DNA of 64,000 nt from a virus (taxonomy: Duplodnaviria > Caudoviricetes): the IMG/VR virus record IMGVR_UViG_3300044630_004720. The stretch is one strand, 5' to 3'. Shown here piece after piece: positions 58,831 through 64,000 of the stretch. The notes beneath the pieces are model-generated. The model had not been told where the DNA came from. It was given only the letters and a program-made list of their open reading frames with translations, and ran no database searches. The position numbers and the translations under genes were made by a program. Numbering within the stretch: the first letter of the stretch is position 1; every line of letters starts with the position of its first letter.

Positions 58831-59463
58831 ATGGTTGATGATATCATAGCATTAGTCGCTGTTGGTGAATTTTATATCCAAGAAATTAAAGACTATTACT
58901 GGGATTTAAAAAAAGATGGTTTCACAATTAAAGTGCTAACCGACGATTCGTCACATTTTGATGTTAATGATGTTACCATATACAAAAGACCTGTTTTCAA
59001 TTACTTTGATAAATTACATTTTTCACTTAGTCTCGTTGAGAGGTATGGTAAAAATGTAATCTATATGGACGGTACGTCCGCACTACCAAAACACATTGTT
59101 GCGAACATATCATCTCGTTCAGATTCTGATTTCATATACACATCAAATTGGCCAAAAGGTAATTTTTATGGTTACGAAGATGACCCCTGTTTTAGATATT
59201 TGTTTGAATATTTCCATTATAAAAATATACCAATAATTGACTATCCAACAATATTAGAACAAGTTATGGTTTTTAAAAAAACCATCAATTACGAACTAAT
59301 TAATAAAGAACTTCAAATAATACAAACGGTATTTGATTACATATCTGTAATGAATAACAACACATACATAAGACCATTTGTATTGGGTTCGGCGGAAGGA
59401 TTAGCACTTTCTATAGTACTAACAAATAATAACATTCCATTTACTAAAATTAACATAGAATGA
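58831..59463 (+). CDS. Putative GT-A glycosyltransferase (paralogue of 35670..36413)
   Basis: IKVLTD, FNYFDK, IYMDG, GSAEG. Confidence 0.5.
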   Translation: MVDDIIALVAVGEFYIQEIKDYYWDLKKDGFTIKVLTDDSSHFDVNDVTIYKRPVFNYFDKLHFSLSLVERYGKNVIYMDGTSALPKHIVANISSRSDSDFIYTSNWPKGNFYGYEDDPCFRYLFEYFHYKNIPIIDYPTILEQVMVFKKTINYELINKELQIIQTVFDYISVMNNNTYIRPFVLGSAEGLALSIVLTNNNIPFTKINIE

Positions 59464-60404
59464 AGATAATTTTTGTAAATTGGACTAAACCCTTCTTTCA
59501 CAGGGATAAATTTGATGGGTATAAGAAAGATATAACAATTGTTGATGAAGGGGAAGAATATCAATTACAACCATATGAGTTGTATATGCAACTGGCTGCG
59601 ATAACTAGTGCGAAGAAATTTGGAGGAGTACCTATAAAGTTATATACCGATACTGTTGGTTATGACTACTATACAAAAATTGGATTTATTGATTTATTTG
59701 ATGAGATTGATATTGATGTATTAAATAAGTTAGATAGTACATTGGTGAATCCCGCACAGTTTTGGACTAGTGGTAAGATATTCTCAATATGTCACGAGAA
59801 GCCCCCATTTATATTTTTAGACTTAGATTTAATTATCAAATCACCATTACCTAAGTGGTTATTTAATTATGATGTAGTCCACACCCATTGGGAGATGTTA
59901 AGAGGTCATATGTTTATACACGACTATCAACTAAGGGAGGTTAAATTACATATGCCGGAGTTTGAAGAGAGAATGGCTATACCTAACACTTCATTTTTAT
60001 TTATTAACAACAATTTACTACTCAAGAAATATCGAGAGCTTCATATGAGGATTGTTAATAAAACTTATGAAAGAGTCTCGGATTGGTTATGGTTAATGTC
60101 GGACCAAAACATATTAGGGTACACCATTAGAAATTTAGATTTAAAGGTTGGAGACATTGAGAATCGTATCTTCATCCAATTCGCAGACCCATATGACAAA
60201 AGACATATGCAAGGTTATATTTCAGATTGGATGGAATATGATGGATGTGAAAAAAACATCCCAAAAATAGAATATGACCACATATGGTTGAAAAAATCAC
60301 ATATCGTTAATAATGAGGAATACAGAACAAAGAGAATTAACGATTTTAAACATATCACAATCGACAACGGATACGAAAGTTATTTAAGTAAGTTAAGTAG
60401 TTGA
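59460..60404 (+). CDS. DUF6734-like nucleotide-diphospho-sugar transferase (paralogue)
   Basis: IKLYTD, FWTSGK, PFIFLDLD, PNTSF, DQ. Confidence 0.6.
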   Translation: MKIIFVNWTKPFFHRDKFDGYKKDITIVDEGEEYQLQPYELYMQLAAITSAKKFGGVPIKLYTDTVGYDYYTKIGFIDLFDEIDIDVLNKLDSTLVNPAQFWTSGKIFSICHEKPPFIFLDLDLIIKSPLPKWLFNYDVVHTHWEMLRGHMFIHDYQLREVKLHMPEFEERMAIPNTSFLFINNNLLLKKYRELHMRIVNKTYERVSDWLWLMSDQNILGYTIRNLDLKVGDIENRIFIQFADPYDKRHMQGYISDWMEYDGCEKNIPKIEYDHIWLKKSHIVNNEEYRTKRINDFKHITIDNGYESYLSKLSS

Positions 60405-60436
60405 TTTTCTCTTAATTTTTATGTATATTATATCTT

Positions 60437-60874
60437 ATGATATACTGGTTCACAGGACAACCCGGCGCAGGTAAAACTACCCTATCAAAACATCTGATTT
60501 CGTATTTAGAAAATACCGAAAAAGTGATTCACATTGATGGGGATGACCTAAGATTAATTTTTGAAAACAAAGACTTTTCAGAAACAGGCAGAAGAAAAAA
60601 CATAGAAAGAGCACAAGACATTGCTCGTTTTATGAATGAAAAGGGATACACAGTTGTGGTGTCATTAGTTTCTCCATATAAAGATATGAGAGATAACTTT
60701 AAAACTCACAATTCGGTGATTGAATTTTATGTACACACAACTGAAACAAGAGGAAGAGAATCGTTTCACGTGTCAAATTACGAACCCCCAACAGAAAATT
60801 TTATTGATATTAATACCACTAACAAAGATGAAAGAGAATCTTTCATCGAATTAATTAAATTTATAGATTTATGA
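60437..60874 (+). CDS. cysC: Adenylyl-sulfate (APS) kinase
   Basis: WFTGQPGAGKTT, IDGDDLR, GR..NI, VSLVSPY, YEPP. Confidence 0.85.
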   Translation: MIYWFTGQPGAGKTTLSKHLISYLENTEKVIHIDGDDLRLIFENKDFSETGRRKNIERAQDIARFMNEKGYTVVVSLVSPYKDMRDNFKTHNSVIEFYVHTTETRGRESFHVSNYEPPTENFIDINTTNKDERESFIELIKFIDL

Positions 60875-61254
60875 AAAAGTATGCATTGTACATCGGAAGA
60901 TGGCAAAATTGGCACGCAGGACACGAATGGTTAATTAGCCAACAATTAGATAAAGGGAAAAATGTATGGGTGGCTATTAGGGATGTTGAAGTTGATGAGA
61001 ACAACCCTAAAACCGCACAAGAAGTATTCCAAGAACTAATCAAAGTACCATTTTTTAATGAGAATTTTGATAAAATACTTCTCTCAATTATACCTGATAT
61101 CGAATCCGTAAACTATGGTAGAGGTGTAGGTTATGAGGTGATTTATCATAATCCCCCATCGGATATTGAAAGTATCAGCGGAACCAAAATAAGACAAGGT
61201 TATATGGACAGCAACGGAGACGTTATTGTCTATTCAGTAGATGATGTGAAATGA
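60871..61254 (+). CDS. HxGH nucleotidyltransferase (cytidyltransferase-like)
   Basis: IGRWQNWHAGH, NP, ISGTKIR. Confidence 0.8.
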   Translation: MKKYALYIGRWQNWHAGHEWLISQQLDKGKNVWVAIRDVEVDENNPKTAQEVFQELIKVPFFNENFDKILLSIIPDIESVNYGRGVGYEVIYHNPPSDIESISGTKIRQGYMDSNGDVIVYSVDDVK

Positions 61255-61472
61255 TAGTAGAACGTAAAAGACACATAGCCAAAACAATATCATATAGAGT
61301 AGTATCAACCTTAATCGGGTTTGGTATAATGTGGTGGTTGAGTGGGGACCTTAAAGTAGGGGCGGCGTTCGGTGTCGCGGAACTTGTCTATAAACCAATC
61401 CAATATTACATACACGAAAGAGTTTGGTATAGGTGGATAAAATACGGTTTAAAAGATAAAAATAAGTTATAA
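61251..61472 (+). CDS. DUF2061 membrane protein
   Basis: R.IAKTISYRV..T, YY.HERVW. Confidence 0.75.
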   Translation: MIVERKRHIAKTISYRVVSTLIGFGIMWWLSGDLKVGAAFGVAELVYKPIQYYIHERVWYRWIKYGLKDKNKL

Positions 61473-62033
61473 ATGGATAAATTATATACGGTTGAAAATT
61501 TTCTTAGTGAAAATGAATGTTTGAGTATCTTAACAAAATACAAATCCGAATTAAAACTAAAACCCGCTGAAGTGGCGGTAAAGGAGGGCAATACATTTAG
61601 TGATAAAAGGAAATCATCCATTGCATTTATTGACGGTATAGAAACGATAGATGAGAGAATTAAGAACACATTAAAGAATCTTATACAAATCAAAGGATTT
61701 GAAGTAACAGGTTTAGGTCCATACCAATTTACGGAATATAAAGTCGGTGAGTATTATGATTGGCACACCGACTCATCATCAATTGGAGATGAATATAAGG
61801 ACAGATTTTGCTCTATTGTCATTCAGATTAATGATGAATATGATGGTGGATATCTTCAATTAAAAGATGAGAATGGAAATAATATTCAATTGGATAAGGG
61901 TATTGGTACAATGTATATATTTTATTCAAATATAGTACATAGAGTGGTTCCGGTCACTAATGGAGTTAGGTATTCTTTAGTTAATTGGGTATCTCTTAGA
62001 AAATTAGAAAATTTTAAAAAAACACTATTGTAA
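61473..62033 (+). CDS. 2OG-Fe(II) oxygenase, prolyl 4-hydroxylase-like
   Basis: QFTEY..G.YY.WHTD, S.V.Q.ND.Y.GG.L, H.V.PVT.G.RYSLV.W. Confidence 0.88.
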   Translation: MDKLYTVENFLSENECLSILTKYKSELKLKPAEVAVKEGNTFSDKRKSSIAFIDGIETIDERIKNTLKNLIQIKGFEVTGLGPYQFTEYKVGEYYDWHTDSSSIGDEYKDRFCSIVIQINDEYDGGYLQLKDENGNNIQLDKGIGTMYIFYSNIVHRVVPVTNGVRYSLVNWVSLRKLENFKKTLL

Positions 62034-62067
62034 CATACACCCATCCCATTGATAAAAAAAATACCCA

Positions 62068-62075
62068 TATTTATA
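62068..62075 (+). promoter_or_regulatory. TATTTATA promoter-like motif
   Basis: Intergenic, 26 nt upstream of ATG 62102. Confidence 0.5.
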
Positions 62076-62101
62076 ATAGAATAAAAAAATAATAAGACAA
62101 T

Positions 62102-63553
62102 ATGAAATCACTATTAATCGCGACGGACTTAATAAAAACAGTTTCAGGAGATGTAAAAGTACTGGAAACAAACACAAACGCTCTTGTAAATTATAAATTT
62201 GACGATAATATACATTATTTGGATAATCTTACTGCGTTTATCCAATCCAACCAATTCCAAACGGTACATTGTATATATCCAATTTACTCTTCTAATTTTA
62301 CCAAAAAGCTAAAAGAAATATGTGAATCATTAAACATATCTGTCGTTCAGCACCCTACGGATACCGGTTCAGTTACCGTTCCATACATTGAAGATTCAGA
62401 AGATATTTTGATTATTAGAATTTCATATGATACGACTGCGATAATTGATGAGGAGTACTGTAAAGACAAATTCAAATTACAGAGCATTATTAATAACAAA
62501 ACCTATGGTTCTAAAACATTTATACCAAACGAAATAGATAATTTTGCGTCAATATCAGATTTTCAATATTCAGACGATGTACCAAATTTCATAGTAAAAA
62601 AGAGATTTCCTAATTATGATAGAGAAATTTATCCCAAATTATATAAAGTACAAAACTTGGCAGAATTAAACGAATTAAAGACTACAATAGAATCCGATTG
62701 TTATTTACAAGAATTCCACCATTCAGAATTAGTACAGGGTAAAAGATGTGTTATAAGAAGTTTAGACCTTCTTTATGGTAGTAATTTAGATGTGTTAAAT
62801 ATTTGTAGTTTTTATAAGACAAACCAATTGGCTGAGAATCAATGGGAAAACACATATAATGAGGAGGGGTTGTTGGATAAAAAAGATAGACCAAAATATA
62901 TAACAAACACAAACGAAAATCATAATTCTTTTTGGCCTTACGTTTATGATGTTGACCAAGAATTGGTTATGGGTGATGGAGGTAGAAAACCATTTAATGA
63001 ATTACAAATTGGTAATAGTGTTAAAACTGTACATATTGATGGGTTAGATTTGGATGAAAGAGCATATAAAATGTTTGAGTGGGTCGGAAACTATAATGAT
63101 TTTGTATCTAATATTTATCTTAAAGAAACCCAGGTAACATCTATATTTACATCTCCCCCAACATCACAATTATTTTTAAGAGTTACTTTAGATGACGGAG
63201 TAACAGAATGGGATGATTTGAATGAAACACCCCTATTAGTTAAGGTTGGTGAAACAATAATTTTTAAGGAGTTTGGAGACCTTGAAATTGGAGATAGTAT
63301 TGTAACTTTTAACTTTGAAACTAATTTACCTGAAATTAAAAACGTACAATCTATTGATGTTGTCTTTAAAGATGAACAAGTGTTAGGTTCTATTGATGTT
63401 GAACCAGAAGATGTCTATATGCCGTTGGTTTCACAATATATTACGATTATTCAACACAACCAATGTAATAAAGGTTGTAAAGCAACAGGATGTGCGGATG
63501 CATATTATTGTGGAGATTGTACACCTGTTTTTTGTGGACCACCCCCAAAATAA
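62102..63553 (+). CDS. Circularly permuted ATP-grasp ligase + Hint domain + 30 aa six-Cys C-terminal peptide
   Basis: N-terminal D...KVLETNTN, later FIVKK, YLQEF, VIRS; Hint-like ELVMGDG.RK.FNELQIG..V ... L.IGD.I ... IDVE..D.Y..IIQHN; tail QCNKGCKATGCADAYYCGDCTPVFCGPPPK. Confidence 0.7.
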   Translation: MKSLLIATDLIKTVSGDVKVLETNTNALVNYKFDDNIHYLDNLTAFIQSNQFQTVHCIYPIYSSNFTKKLKEICESLNISVVQHPTDTGSVTVPYIEDSEDILIIRISYDTTAIIDEEYCKDKFKLQSIINNKTYGSKTFIPNEIDNFASISDFQYSDDVPNFIVKKRFPNYDREIYPKLYKVQNLAELNELKTTIESDCYLQEFHHSELVQGKRCVIRSLDLLYGSNLDVLNICSFYKTNQLAENQWENTYNEEGLLDKKDRPKYITNTNENHNSFWPYVYDVDQELVMGDGGRKPFNELQIGNSVKTVHIDGLDLDERAYKMFEWVGNYNDFVSNIYLKETQVTSIFTSPPTSQLFLRVTLDDGVTEWDDLNETPLLVKVGETIIFKEFGDLEIGDSIVTFNFETNLPEIKNVQSIDVVFKDEQVLGSIDVEPEDVYMPLVSQYITIIQHNQCNKGCKATGCADAYYCGDCTPVFCGPPPK

Positions 63554-63589
63554 ATTTAAAAATAAAAATAAAAATAAAAATTATATATT

Positions 63590-63700
63590 ATGTTAATACA
63601 AACTATATTTGCACCTACGGAACAAGGAACTAAAACAGGAGTTGAAACCACAATACAAGATATGGTTTTAACAATTTTATCCGATGTCCAATCTTCTTAA
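63590..63700 (+). CDS. 36 aa Thr-rich peptide (not in track)
   Basis: MLIQTIFAPTEQGTKTGVETTIQDMVLTILSDVQSS; ATG after an A-rich leader; fills the gap. Confidence 0.5.
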   Translation: MLIQTIFAPTEQGTKTGVETTIQDMVLTILSDVQSS

Positions 63701-63721
63701 TTAATTGTTTAATTCAAACCG

Positions 63722-64000
63722 ATGCCAATAGATATACGAGAAATTACGGTAGCTTGGTGGGATTCTTATTTTGCGGATGATAATCAAAAAAAATTAGCTA
63801 AAGAAAGGTTAAGTATTTGTGAAAGTTGTCCATCATTAGAACAAAAATTTAAAAAAATAAGAAAAATAACTATTAGTGTTTGCGGAGAATGTGGATGCCC
63901 AATTACCAAAAAAGTATTTTCAAATAAGTTTAATGCGTGTCCTTTGGGTAAATGGAAAGAAGTAGATGAATCACAACCAGAATTTTTTAAAATTAAAAAG
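63722..64000 (+). CDS. Cys-rich Zn-binding protein, DUF6171-like, 3' truncated (not in track)
   Basis: R..ICESC..CGECGCPI..K...CPLGKW; frame open to window end. Confidence 0.7.
   Translation, partial: MPIDIREITVAWWDSYFADDNQKKLAKERLSICESCPSLEQKFKKIRKITISVCGECGCPITKKVFSNKFNACPLGKWKEVDESQPEFFKIKK

Noticed and set aside
35670-62033. DNA hypermodification as the main role of the cluster
   Set aside because: Not excluded, but no thymidylate-synthase-like, TET/JBP-like or nucleotide kinase genes were recognised here, and enzyme types match cell-surface glycan loci
62945-63460. Splicing intein
   Set aside because: No N-terminal Cys/Ser, no block-B His, +1 residue is Gln and no endonuclease; C-terminal cleavage only is more plausible
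653-63596. Many short antisense or out-of-frame ORFs in the track (e.g. 653..988, 4330..4791, 13758..14231, 18464..18967, 19810..20406, 25710..26243)
   Set aside because: Shadows of well-supported genes on the opposite strand or in another frame, with no motifs or leaders
1-64000. Alternative genetic code (stop recoding seen in some jumbo phages)
   Set aside because: Genes are full length and tightly packed under code 11, and TAA, TAG and TGA all act as stops
1-64000. Eukaryotic giant virus or bacterial chromosome origin
   Set aside because: Sigma-70, NusG, ClpP, intrinsic terminators and ATGA coupling argue against a eukaryotic virus; gp46/47-like genes, fibres and lack of housekeeping operons argue against a chromosome
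1-64000. tRNA, rRNA or IS/transposase
   Set aside because: Intergenic gaps are short with no cloverleaf; no transposase or integrase motifs or terminal inverted repeats seen

Overview
AT-rich (roughly 30% GC by eye), gene-dense, mostly + strand segment of a jumbo/huge tailed phage genome, standard genetic code. The host is probably Bacteroidota: the RpoD, ClpP and Hc1 homologues are Bacteroidota-type, starts have A-rich leaders without Shine-Dalgarno motifs, and promoters resemble TAnnTTT. Family names are from motif recall; no searches were run. Layout: (1) 1-6.7 kb Mre11/Rad50 nuclease genes with UDP-sugar dehydrogenase, an IceA/NlaIII-like HNH nuclease and ClpP. (2) 6.8-11.9 kb membrane/lysis-like genes, a sigma-70 factor, a probable -1 frameshift gene and a degenerate amidase. 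(3) 11.9-15 kb Glu-motif, probably head-internal proteins. (4) 15-21 kb Hc1, Dam-family MTase, NusG, AAA ATPase, thioredoxin, glutaredoxin. (5) 21-35.6 kb Ser/Thr/Gly-rich fibre genes (one of 2509 aa) and LamG/Gly-rich virion proteins. (6) 35.7-62 kb a ~26 kb glycan biosynthesis/tailoring cluster including an inverted 7.5 kb NDP-sugar operon. (7) 62.1-63.6 kb a circularly permuted ATP-grasp-Hint-Cys-rich peptide fusion. Best leads: the self-processing ATP-grasp/Hint/peptide gene, the glycosylation supercluster next to Ser/Thr-rich fibres, and apparent absence of CATG and GATC in a genome encoding a CATG-type nuclease homologue. No tRNA, rRNA, CRISPR array or IS element was seen.
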